Source of the DNA: Antedon mediterranea
Lineage: Eukaryota; Animalia; Echinodermata
Length of the DNA: 64,000 nucleotides
Assembly (NCBI RefSeq): GCF_964355755.1
Contig: NC_092673.1
Span: 35,709,648 to 35,773,647, forward strand
Direction of reading: 5' to 3'
This document shows positions 47,301 to 59,414 of this stretch, piece by piece. The first letter of the stretch is position 1; the number at the start of each line of letters is the position of its first letter. Under the pieces are notes generated by a model. It saw nothing but the letters and a program-made list of their open reading frames with translations. It did not search any database and was not told the DNA's origin. The position numbers and the translations under genes are program-made.

Positions 47301-50300
47301 GTCTGAACACAGCTTTAGTGTGGTGGTAGTACTTACTGTGAAATATATGCCACAATTGCATCAGTTTTAAAAACTAGTTGAGTTGTATTACTGTCCTGCA
47401 TCGTCTCTTTGTTCACTCTGCATCTTATTCCCAGATTGTGTGGATCTAAGTAAACAAATGTTTAAATATAGAATTAAGAATCTATGTGTGGACAAACAGG
47501 TATTTGTACTACACAGAGTTGCTTCTATAGTATGTTAATAGTTAGGATACTTGGCTACCGATCACAGGGTACAAATCCTGGTAATAGTTAGGATACTTGG
47601 CTACCAATCACAGGGTACAAATCCTGGTAATAGTTAGGATACTTGGCTACCGATCACAGGGTACAAATCCTGGTAATAGTTAGGATACTTGGCTACCGGG
47701 TACCAATCCTGGTAATAGTTAGGATACTTGGCTACCGATCACAGGGTACAAATCCTGGTAATAGTTAGGATACTTGGCTACCGGGTACAAATCCTGGTAA
47801 TAGTTAGGATACTTGGCTACCGATCACAGGGTACAAATCCTGGTAATAGTTAGGATACTTGGCTACCGATCACAGGGTACAAATCCTGGTAATAGTTAGG
47901 ATACTTGGCTACCGGGTACAAATCCTGGTAATAGTTAGGATACTTGGCTACCGGGTACAAATCCTGGTAATAGTTAGGATACTTGGCTACCGGGTACAAA
48001 TCCTGGTAATAGTTAGGATACTTGGCTACCGGGTACAAATCCTGGTAATAGTTAGGATACTTGGCTACCGATCACAGGGTACAAATCCTGGTAATAGTTA
48101 GGATACTTGGCTACCGGGTACAAATCCTGGTAATAGTTAGGATACTTGGCTACCGGGTACAAATCCTGGTAATAGTTAGGATACTTGGCTACCGATCACA
48201 GGGTACAAATCCTGGTAATAGTTAGGATACTTGGCTACCGGGTACAAATCCTGGTAATAGTTAGGATACTTGGCTACCGGGTACAAATCCTGGTAATAGT
48301 TAGGATACTTGGCTACCGATCACAGGGTACAAATCCTGGTAATAGTTAGGATATTTGGCTACCGATCACAGGGTACAAATCCTGGTAATAGTTAGGATAC
48401 TTGGCTACCGGGTACAAATCCTGTATGTCAGGTGTATCATGACAAAGAACCCCACTCCCAAAAACTTGTTTAAAACTTTATATAGAGTAGGATACAGAAA
48501 GAATTCCCCTTTTATTTTTGGAAATTTATAGAAAAAAAGCTGGGAATTTTATCTAGAGCACTTCCTTGTGCACATAAGTCAAAAGCATAATTTTCTGAAT
48601 ATAATTTACTAGTTATTGTGAAATGTTGTTTAGATACCTACTGTACCTGATATACCTACTGTACCTGATATACTATCTTTAGTGACAATAGCAGGTCCAA
48701 GTGGACAGAATGTATCCATAGCTTTGCCTAACAACCATTGTTTTCCATTGCGTTTCATCTGCCAATCTCTAGCACTGACATCATGTGCTACAGTGTAGCC
48801 AAACACATAGTCCATTGCATCACACTCCTGTAAATAAATAACAATAAAAATCAACAAATGTGATTGTGCGCCTTGAGCACTTTTAGTGGATATGTGCGCT
48901 ATATAAATTGTTATATTATATTATTAAAAGGAATGAAGAGATGTTGCTGCTGGTCCTCCCTCCATTAAACTAAAGTGCACCAAAGCACTACAGGTTTTAA
49001 CAAAATACATGACAAAACCATTAATGCAGTAGGCCTACATTCAACTTGTTTGGATAAAGAAGGATGAGATATGGTGTCAAAAAATGTATTGTCCTCCAAA
49101 AACATGAAAAATAAAGATTAATAAAAAAAGACTTTGAATATGCAATTTCACAGTTTTAGTACAGTTAATCACTTCTGTAGAAAAAAAATAATGTTTTCAC
49201 TTTGTAAACGGTCAAATTCCAAATATAAAATCCAATCAGTTTGACTAATTTTTGCTTTAAATTATATTTTTTCATATAAATAATTCTTTTTAAATCCAAC
49301 TTTTGTTCAAAGTGAATAACTATTATGTGACATTAAAGTGGCATATTCAACAAAAACATTAAAACAAATAATTTTTCAAGGGAGGCAATATATCTGTAGA
49401 TAATGACCATTACATCTATTTTATATTATTTTAATTTTCGTCATAGAGGCCATGTATTAATTTAAACTATGATAGTAACTTTTATTTTATAAATACAATT
49501 GATTGGTTGATTTTAGCGTACTAATCACCTTAACATTTTTACAGCTTTTGCCTATAATGATTACTAACTCAACTTCCCAGTCTAATTCATTAGTGATATC
49601 AGGATAAATGATGTTATCTGTAGGCCCAACGATGCAATTCGCAAACTTGTTGAAGATTACTGGTTCAGTTGGGACGGGTTGATTCTGCTCGGCACAGTGG
49701 TCCACGTAATTCATACCGACGCATAGTACCTTCTCTGGATTTGTGATCGGTGCTAAAAGATGAATGCTGCTACGCTTGACTACATTCTGGCCCGACGATA
49801 TTATGCTATAAATAAAATCAAAGATTTATTAAAATGTTGAGGCTTGTTTGATAGTACGGTATCAGTGCAACGTAAACTATGCTTAAATTAAAAAACTACC
49901 ACTGTCGCTTTTTTTTTATAATAGCATGAAAAACTATAAAAAAATTAGTGTTTTATATTGTTTTATATACTTATTAGGCATTCTGTTTTGGGTATCTCGA
50001 CAGGAATATATTAGTAATAGTACTTAGTAGGCCTAACTAATTTATCTGAAGACACATGATTGATTGATTTAATTTAATTTAGTTTGATTGATTTAATAAT
50101 CTATTATTATCTCATCCATACCAAAGAAACTCTAACCTACAATTGTACTTACCTTTTAGCTATATCTAAATTATGTTGGCCACCCTTGATAAACTCCACC
50201 ATATTCCCACACTGCAGCTTCCCACTGGCCAGTAAGTCAACCACATCGCCTCCATTCTCCAATTCAACCCCTACGCTTTCCTTTCCATTATCTGATGCAA

Positions 50301-50409
50301 ATTGAACAAATCTCATTTTCTCATTAAATTGCCGTGTCTGAAATGAAACACACTGAACGTTAGGCCTGCACAAAACCTTCACTGAATGTTTTATCAGCAG
50401 TGAAAACAT
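44360..50409 (-). CDS. FAHD2: Fumarylacetoacetate hydrolase domain-containing protein 2; exons 50409-50153, 49805-49529, 48827-48665, 47445-47337, 44737-44647, 44422-44360
   Basis: [63 protein letters not shown]; all introns GT-AG with matching phases; basic N-terminal extension resembles a mitochondrial presequence. Confidence 0.93.
45929..46935 (+). mobile_element. 5'-truncated non-LTR retrotransposon (RTE-X-like, tentative) in FAHD2 intron 4, antisense, frameshifted
   Basis: [26 protein letters not shown] (DD motif mutated), YLG; AATAAA then (GAAT)n tail; 11-bp TSD aatgataatat at 45918-45928 and 46936-46946. Confidence 0.85.
47536..48423. repeat. Intronic minisatellite of mixed 39-bp and 46-bp units (about 21)
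   Basis: gggtacaaatcctggtaatagttaggatacttggctacc with or without gatcaca. Confidence 0.95.
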
Positions 50410-50748
50410 CAGTTTTTTGGGACAAAAACAGTTGCCTCGACGACGTTAGAATTGCCCAGGGTCGTAAAAAATAATACAGTAAAATATCAATTTTCGTTTC
50501 GTTTCAAATCGTGCGGGGTTACCGTTACCCTTTGTTTTACCAATTTCTTACGCAATCGGTCAGGTGATAACAACGCTCAGTATGCACAAGTCAGGTGATC
50601 GTGGTAATCACGTGATGTACAACTCAACCACCGGTATCTCATTTTCTTGGTCATTGTTGCAATTGCCATACAACACGAGTGGTCAGTGCGTTGTGTGTAT
50701 TTATAGTAGTAGTGCTGCTGCAGTATATCAAAGGATCAAGGCTTCGTC
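50410..50748. promoter_or_regulatory. Putative bidirectional promoter between FAHD2 and the aminopeptidase
   Basis: Divergent ATGs 340 bp apart; TCACGTGA at about 50608-50615 and two TCAGGTGA E-boxes; CCAAT near 50540. Confidence 0.6.
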
Positions 50749-53700
50749 ATGGCTCCACCAAGGTAAAAGATTTTTTTAGATAAATAAATTATCTTACAAA
50801 TACAATTTTGTATTCCTTTTTTTTCAGGTTTTGAAGTACAATATTACTGTATTTGCCATCATGCATCATGTTAATGTAGGCCTAGCCTACCTATCTAATC
50901 TAGTATAGTAAACTCGACACATTATTATACGAAATTTATAAATCGTAATTTTTTTTTATGCTTAGCCAATCAATTTAAATAATGACACCTGGATTGGAAC
51001 ATGATTTACTAAATACTTTCGCTGCATCTCATGATCAAATCTTATTTTAATATTGACAAACAACCCATGGTTTTGTTTAATTGAAAATTACTGTAATCTT
51101 TTTGTGCTTTTATTTTAACAGACTTCCGTGTCCAGTAGACTTCACAAGTGATCCCCAAGATGCAGCCTATGATGGGATTGTCCTTGTCACAGACTCCTTG
51201 GAAAAACTCACAGGCAAACTAGAGTTCCTTAAAGCACCTCTGGAGACCCTCAAGACTGTAAGAATACTTTGGTGTGGATATTCTGATTAATTATGTATCA
51301 GTTTTTAACACCCTTTCCCCCCTCAGTTTTTCCTATTTTATACGTTTTTACACATTGGCTTTGATACTTCACCTGCACCCCTTCCAAGTATAGCTTTTTT
51401 TATATGAGCTATAACGGGATCAACGCACAGCTTGTACCATATAAATGCAAAAAGATTCTCCATAACCCATAAATCTAGTCTCTCTGTCACTTACTTGAAT
51501 TGCCATTTATGCATGTAAAATCAATCTGTGCACCACTTTTGATTGGTCAGTATTTGCATCCTTTAATTCTGGGAACCACTTTTGATTGGTCAGTATTTGT
51601 ATCCTTGAAATCTTGGATCAATGGATTAAATATATGTCTGTTTGTAACAATAATACAAGATTATTATTTTAAGCTAAGTCATCTTTTAAGCTAAGCTAAG
51701 TTGTATTTTAAGCCATTTCATCTGTTTTATAGGTTGATGCGTCTGTTGGATCAGAAATAGTTGTATGTCCTCTTCCTCCAGAATGTAAAATCAAACGGGT
51801 AATCTTTTCACCAACCGGGCCTCTCAATCGTGATTACGATGATGTCCGAGTATTTGCTGATGCAGCTTTTGCCGGTATTAAAAGGTACAAAATAAACATA
51901 CCTCTATGAGATAAATCATATTTTGTATTAATACTGTGATATAATTTACAACCAAATATGTATGAAACGCCATATGTGCCAAAATATTTATCTTTACTAA
52001 TTACGGGCTAGAACCTAGTCTAGTACAAACCTTTCAATAAAACTTTCAGTGAGGCCCTGAGATATTCTAGGTGGCAGCAGATAGAAAGTGTTCTTACCTT
52101 TTTTGTTCTTCTACTAGAGCTTTGAAAGCAGGTGTAAAACGCCCTCTACTTGTCCGTGCTGAAGATGACAGCTTTCCAGAAGCTTTACTTATATCTGTGC
52201 TTGGTGGATTCTATTCTTTATATGTTGTAAGTAGCATATGAAAAGTTAACAATTGGTCATAACAGAATTATTAAAAAAATGTAAAAAAAATGTTTTAATA
52301 TACCATATTTATATCCCTAAATGGTTAAATCAAAAGAAAAATTACAGACAAATTGACAATGATGTAGGTATCAGTGGATGGATCTCCAATAAAATAAGCA
52401 AATAAACAGTAAAACAGCCAGAAAGAAATTGCAGAGCATCCAAATGAGAAATATAATCAAACTAAGAAGATAAATGTAAAATATTAATAGAGAATAAACT
52501 GTTTAAATATCTAACAAAATTACTTTTCAAATAAACAGCCTCTTGAAATTCGTGATTTGAATAATGAACGCGTCAGTAAAGCAGAAAAGCTAGGCTTCTT
52601 GTGTTCAGACAGCTCACAAGGTGCACGCATCAAGAAGTGGTCAGAAGCTCTTGAGAGTGGACGGTAAATAGTTACTAAGACATGTGGCTACATTTATTAT
52701 ATCATGGAGGATTCCCCCATGATTATACTATTATGTATGGGATTCCATAATCATAAATGAATAATAATTTATTTGTGCACTCTTTTGTACCACAGGAACA
52801 CTCTTTTGTAGAAGAGGTTCAACTCATAACAATAATAATCAATTGTTGATATAAAGTTTGCGGTACACATAGGCCTATCAGTTCTGAAAAGAACTGTTGA
52901 GTTTCCCAACGTTTCAATCAACATGCTTTGATCCTTCTCGGGAGTGCAAACCTTTAAACAATATAATAATAATAATCAAATTCTCTATCTTTCTACATTT
53001 TTCTACAAGTCTTGTAGCCCGTGACATCGGAGGGTCTGACCCAGAGCGTATGGCAGCACCAAGAGTCAAGGAGTATGTACAAGAGTTATTTGGTGGTGAA
53101 GGTTCCTCTATCAAGGTAAACAGTTAACACGGTTCTGGTAAACAGTTAACACAGTTCTGGTAAACAGTTAACACGGTTCTGGTAAACAGTTAACACGGTT
53201 CTGGTAAACAGTTAACATGGTTCTGGTAAACAGTTAACATGGTTCTGGTGAACAGTTAACATGGTTCTGGTGAACAGTTAACATGGTTCTGGTAAACAGT
53301 TAACATGGTTCTGGTAAACAGTTAACATGGTTCTGGTAAACAGTTAACACGGTTCTGGTAAACAGTTAACACGGTTCTGGTAAACAGTTAACACGGTTCT
53401 GGTGAACAGTTAACACGGTTCTGGTGAACAGTTAACACGGTTCTGGTGAACAGTTAACACGGTTCTGGTGAACAGTTAACACGGTTCTGGTGAACAGTTA
53501 ACATGGTTCTGGTAAACAGTTAACATGGTTCTGGTGAACAGTTAACATGGTTCTGGTAAACAGTTAACATGGTTCTGGTAAACAGTTAACATGGTTCTGG
53601 TAAACAGTTAACACGGTTCTGGTAAACAGGTAACATTTGCTCCTATTTATGTCTGTTGTGTCTTTTTTAAGGTTGAAGTTATTGATGACGATGAAACACT

Positions 53701-56248
53701 GCTTTCAAAATACCCTTTGTTTTCTGCCGTCAACCGTTGTGCTAAATACGTCCCTCGTCACAAAGGATGCATTATCAAATTAGAGTACTCTGGCCAGGGG
53801 AAAATTGAAAGCACTATGATGTTGGTGGGAAAGGTAACGTATTAAAGCGTGGTTCTCACTAGAGATGCAACGCAAGCGCTCCGAATAATCCATCGCATGT
53901 GATTGGTCAAATGAGTTACGTCATTGCATTGCATCACTATTGGGAACCAAGCAATACCGCTGAACAATATTTATAAACAAATGCTTCTTATTATTAAATG
54001 GCTTTGATGTGTAAACTAAATTGTTACCTTATTTGTATTACAGGGTGTGACCTATGACACCGGTGGAGCAGACATAAAGGCAGGAGGTGTTATGGCGGGT
54101 ATGCATAGGTAAGGTTCATATTTAATTTTGCATTAACACACACTCAACAATTTAAACAAATGGATACATACCTATTATAATATGCAAATGTTTGATCTAA
54201 ATTATCTTCTGTTTAATGATTGTAGAGATAAGTGCGGAGCAGCTGCTGTTGCTGGATTCTTTCAGACTGTAAACCTGATCAAGCCAATCGGAATCAAGGT
54301 TGTAGGAACCATGGCAATGGTTCGCAATAGTGTAGGATCAGGTACTACTAATGTATATATAATAATTAAATTATATAATCTAAATAATTCCTCCATAATT
54401 TAATCTGCAAAGTGGTTAAGCTCTGTCTACACTATCAAACTATTAAAATATATGATTTAATCCACACTATCAAACTAGTTATATGGTAGTGATTATGACA
54501 TCATTGTGTCCATATAATGTCCACATCACATTTTTTGTCACATAAAGGTTTGATAGTGTAGACAGAGCTTTAGACTTATCACAAGTCTTTGGTTTTGTTT
54601 GTTGCACCACCAGACACTAGAGGATGCTATACAGTATACATAGATATTTACTATTGTAAATATGATATAATATAATGTGATCTGTTTTGTCTTACAGAAT
54701 GCTATGTGGCTGATGAGATCATCACATCTCGTGCTCAAAAGAGAATTCGTATCGGCAACACCGACGCCGAAGGCCGTATGGCGATGGCAGATTGTCTTTG
54801 TGAGATGAAAGAAAAGGTAAATTATAGTGTTTAAACTTCGATATTAATTATAAAAATACAAAAAGCGTAAAATGAATGAGTACATGTCATACAATCCAAA
54901 CTACGATAATGATAATTCCAAAATGATTTGTATAAAATACATACATACTAAATGCCAAAAATATAAATGTTTCTATGCAGGCCACCAAGGAAGTGAATCC
55001 TCAGCTGTTTACAATAGCTACCCTGACAGGCCATGCAGTGCTAGCCATGGGACCGGAGTATTCGGTACAGTTTTCATTTCTTTTTTTTATTTCATAAGTC
55101 GTGCGGTGGTTTCCCGAATAAAACAGCGAGTAACTTGCCAATTACAGGATTTCATAATTTATCATGCTTATAAATCTCTCTAAGGCTAGGGAGTGGAGTT
55201 GAAAGAGTCGTGAGTTACAACCCGGGCACTAGGTCAGGATTGAACCCTGAAACTAGGTCAGGATTGAACCAAGCATGTTAACCTACAGCTCCACTGGGTT
55301 GTTAACGCTAAAACTATTTCAAAATAAGTAATTATTTTATTATTTATATTAGATTATTATGGATAATGGACCAGCTCGTAAAAAACAATGCGCTCAGGAA
55401 ATCCAGAAAGGTTAGTTTTTGCTTACATTAAAATTAAATTGAATTGTACCACCAAAAATGACCAGTCTTCATATTCGACCTACTTTGTTAATTAGCATCA
55501 ATCTTTTTTTTTAGCTGGAGAAAAATTTGGTGATCCATTTGAAATATCAACCATTCGTAGAGAAGTATGTTTTTTTTAAAAGAAAAAGCAGTAGTCTAGT
55601 CTTCTGAAAAAAATTGACAAACCTTTGTAATGTGACAATGGCGTACTAAAAAAGTAAGAAGTATGTACTTAGTTAGTGGTATTGTTTCTCATTAACAGGA
55701 TTACAAGTTCCATGCTGGCAAGTCTGAATATGAAGACGTTCTTCAGTGCAACAATCAACCATCATCAAGGACTGCTAGGGGACATCAAGGTCCTGGTGCT
55801 TTCCTCATCCTAGCTTCTGGTCTTGATAAGGTACGTGTGTTTGATATTGGGCAGCTTCCGATTTGAGATGACCATCAACCAAACTATGTCATGTTGTCAG
55901 TTCATTGTGCATATGCAGGACTCGCTCCTCACCTCTCGACACGTTTGATGGTTCCTAGGGTCAGGCAATGACCGACAACACCACGACCTAGGTTCTTGCA
56001 AATCAAAAGCTCCCTATATTATAAAATACAACCTTTAAATTTGTGCTGATCCTATACATTGCTAACTACACGATTCTGACAAGGATAATGATTAACATAT
56101 TGTATTACCTTTTCAGCATGGTATTGATGGTGAAATTCCACTAGCGTACTCGCACTTGGATATAGCTGGATCATCTGGACCCTTCCCAGGGGTGCCAACT
56201 GGGGCTCCTGTTGTGGCCTTGGCAGCTAAATATCTCATGCCCAAGTAA
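50749..56248 (+). CDS. M17 leucyl aminopeptidase family protein (W07G4.4-like); exons 50749-50762, 51122-51257, 51733-51884, 52118-52226, 52539-52663, 53010-53115, 53672-53833, 54044-54108, 54226-54341, 54698-54816, 54981-55064, 55353-55410, 55515-55564, 55699-55830, 56117-56248
   Basis: PTGPLNRDYDDVR, RDIGGSDPERM, VGKGVTYDTGGADIK, RDKCG, NTDAEGR, ATLTGH, HLDIAG; GT-AG introns with consistent phases. Confidence 0.92.
53115..53631. repeat. 22-bp minisatellite (about 23 copies) filling aminopeptidase intron 6 from the donor site
   Basis: Unit ggt(a/g)aacagttaaca(c/t)ggttct. Confidence 0.95.
54419..54569. mobile_element. MITE family B, complete copy with TTA target duplication (Harbinger/PIF-like)
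   Basis: tta|AGCTCTGTCTACACTATCAAAC ... GTTTGATAGTGTAGACAGAGCT|tta. Confidence 0.88.
55112..55295 (-). mobile_element. SINE family 1 copy with internal deletion and duplication
   Basis: Reverse complement of parts of 12573-12770. Confidence 0.75.
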
Positions 56249-58253
56249 AAAGAACACCACATTTAATGGAATTATAATAGGTGTACTATTATTTAGACCT
56301 ATGCATTCGTGATACATATTGTGCAGCTGACGAGTCTAGATAAATACGGTAGATGGATGAGGCCAATATATGCAAGACTATATATAGCAGATCTACAGAT
56401 CAGGGGTTGTACAGACCAATAATAATATAGACTGCTTATAATAGCAGGTCTATAGGCTACTAATACTAACATAGACCACTAACAATAATATGACCACGCA
56501 CAATAGTAAGCATCCCATCGTTTGTAGTTCATGGTATCGCTACAACCAAAATATACTTGGGTCACAACTTATAATATGCAAGGTGTAACATGACGACATC
56601 AGACTCGTAATAATTTGTCCGATAAAACATTTTTATTTCCAATGTTCCTGAAGACGTGACGTCATGATAATTATAAGCAACTGAAATATTTTTCTTTCTT
56701 TATTTGTAGTACTAGAGAATTGAGGTTAAATAATGTAATAAAACACCTGAATTAAAACAATCCTAATTTGTCTTTACTTATTTGCAAACTATCCGAAAGA
56801 ACAAAACTAATAGCAGAAATAAGAGAGATATCATGGCCATTATAATCCTCCAAACACATACTTTTTCCAGTATATTTGGTGTAAAAAAATTATCTGTAGG
56901 CCTATATCTAGCTCACAATGATAGGAGATAAATATTTGGCAATTAACAGTTAAACTTAACAGTATTCATAAAAAAAATAACTAAAAACGTGAACATTTCT
57001 TGAAATATTGGACATTATACCGCGTTACTTAAAGCTCTGTCTACACTATCAAACTAGTTTGACAAAAAAGTGTGATGTGCTCAAATATGGTAGTGATATA
57101 CCTAAATATGTTATTGGTATGACATGTCCATATATGTCACATTTTGTTGTCACATAGATCTTTAAAGTAAAATGTCAATGTGTTTGCACTTCCATGCAGG
57201 TTTATTCCCGTCATTCATTTCAATGTGCCAATCGAAAGTAAACACAATGTACCGCAGTGTTTCATCTCTTAACATTAGTTTGAACTAATCAAGTATTCAA
57301 ACACACGTATATATTCAATGACACGAATGATATGTCATATTTACTTGCAAGAACACGTTTCATTAGATGTGTGATTTGTTTGTCACGGCTTCTACTAAAT
57401 AAATAGAATGATATATCCACCAGATTAACATAGTGGAGTGAATGATATAAGATCGGATTGACATCAACTTTTATGTATTTTTGTATGTATTTGTACTTTA
57501 TACTAAGTACATTTAGAATTCTTAAAAAAAATATGCAAGTAATTCTCGGACGCAAGCTACTCCACAGTAGTTACAAACAATTACAAGAATTAACGTGTTT
57601 ACGAAGTTATTATAATAACAATAATGCTTTTGTTATTTAAACTTTGACCCTTGGCTTGTGCTACTTAATTAGTTGTTGTTTTATATTTTATTCATTGGAC
57701 TTGATAATGACCCCATGATGGAGTCGAAACGTCGTTCTCTTTTAAGCGTTATTTTTATATTATGAATAATGCTTTATTACACCTAAATGTCCATATAAAT
57801 ATCCTAAAGCAAAACAAAATAAAAAATAGAAAATAAAATTGAAGATGACGCAGAGGAACCATTCTTATCGCTCAGTTCTCCACTTTGTTCCCACTGGGAC
57901 GCAACGCAAGGACGTAAACCCAACGCAAGGCGTGTTGATCAATGACAAGCGACAGCGCGAATAATCCATCGCCTGTGATTGGTCAAATCACTTAAGTTGC
58001 GTTACGTCCTTGTGTTACGTCTCCAATGAATCGTCATTCTTTTTCAATTTTATTCAGGATTTTACAACAATAATAACACACATGATAAAACCCAGAAGAC
58101 TCCATCAACGAACTCAATCACTTTCGATGGGACGTCTCAGCCAGCAGTGACACACATTACATGATTTGAAATAAGTAAAATAGATTAATGGAAATCATGA
58201 ATTGTATTTCTTTAAATTAATAATCAGATCATATCTATACGTAGAAGGAATTA

Positions 58254-59414
58254 TCAAGAATATTTGTAAGTTGATAATTTTAAATCTTCATCTCCATCTA
58301 TAAATGTAGCATTGATGACACCTTTCGAAAGGGTGGTAATTACAGATGATGAGGGGGAACTCTTAGTTCGACAGAAAGAACCAAACAGAATATCACGGAA
58401 TGCTTGACGGAACTGCTTGCTGACAAATGCGTATATCAACGGGTTTACTGTACTGTTAAGCCATCCAAGCCAGCTTACTATTGGAAAGATATGCCCAGGG
58501 TATTTAATGCATTTTATACAGAGAGCTGATAAAACGTTTGTTACAAAGAATGGTAGCCAACAAACGATGAATATACCCATAACGATACCCAACACTTTGG
58601 CGGCTTTATGTTCAGTTTTCATAGTGTTTGTTAGTCTATTTTTCTTTAATGTACCTCCGTAATGTATTCGTAAATTTACGGGTTTTCTATGTTTGTCCGA
58701 TTTCTTTGTACTTGTCATTACACTTTTTGTACCGGTTAGAATTCCTTGTATTTGCTGCTTTAAAACTGTTAAGTAAATCCTTAAATAAATCCTTAAATAA
58801 ATGAAAGTCATAATTATACATGGCAAATAAAACGAAATAAGTGATGAAACAAAAATAAATAGCGAGTTACTTGTGAATATACATTGATTCACAACAAATG
58901 GCGGATCTACTTTCCTCCATAAAATTAACCAAGGGAACGAAATGGTAGATGCAGAAACCCAGACAAACGCAATGAGAAAACAGCTGACGCGTTTCGTCAT
59001 TTTAAAACGGTAAGTCATCGTCCTAGTAATAGCCCAGTACCGATCAAAAGATATGATACATAAGTTTGATATAGATGCAGTGCAACAGAAAACATCTATG
59101 GCATGCCAAATGTCACACCAAATTCTGCCAAAATACCAGTAACCAGAGGAGTATTCCAATGAAATGGCGGTGGGGAGGACAACCACGCCAATTAGAAAAT
59201 CTGCCAATGCCAACGAAGCAATCAGTAGGTTAGTGGTTGAGTGCAGCCGATGATTCCTAAAAACTGCCACGATAACAAGCAGATTTCCTAATATTGTTAT
59301 AAAGTCGATTATCAAAAAAATATAGAGAAGACTTGAACTTCGTAATATAGGCGCAACATCTTCAGTTGAAGTTATGTTAATAGTTGTGGAAGTACCTACA
59401 GTCTCCGATCTCAT
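58254..59414 (-). CDS. Invertebrate-type dopamine receptor (Dop1R2/INDR-like), intronless
   Basis: WHAIDVFCCTASI..SFDRYWAIT, TM5 SSLISFYLP, LRIHYGG, EHKAAKVLGIVMG, CWLPFFVTNVLSALCIKCI, WLGWLNSTVNPLIY. Confidence 0.88.
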   Translation of the reverse strand: MRSETVGTSTTINITSTEDVAPILRSSSLLYIFLIIDFITILGNLLVIVAVFRNHRLHSTTNLLIASLALADFLIGVVVLPTAISLEYSSGYWYFGRIWCDIWHAIDVFCCTASISNLCIISFDRYWAITRTMTYRFKMTKRVSCFLIAFVWVSASTISFPWLILWRKVDPPFVVNQCIFTSNSLFIFVSSLISFYLPCIIMTFIYLRIYLRIYLTVLKQQIQGILTGTKSVMTSTKKSDKHRKPVNLRIHYGGTLKKNRLTNTMKTEHKAAKVLGIVMGIFIVCWLPFFVTNVLSALCIKCIKYPGHIFPIVSWLGWLNSTVNPLIYAFVSKQFRQAFRDILFGSFCRTKSSPSSSVITTLSKGVINATFIDGDEDLKLSTYKYS

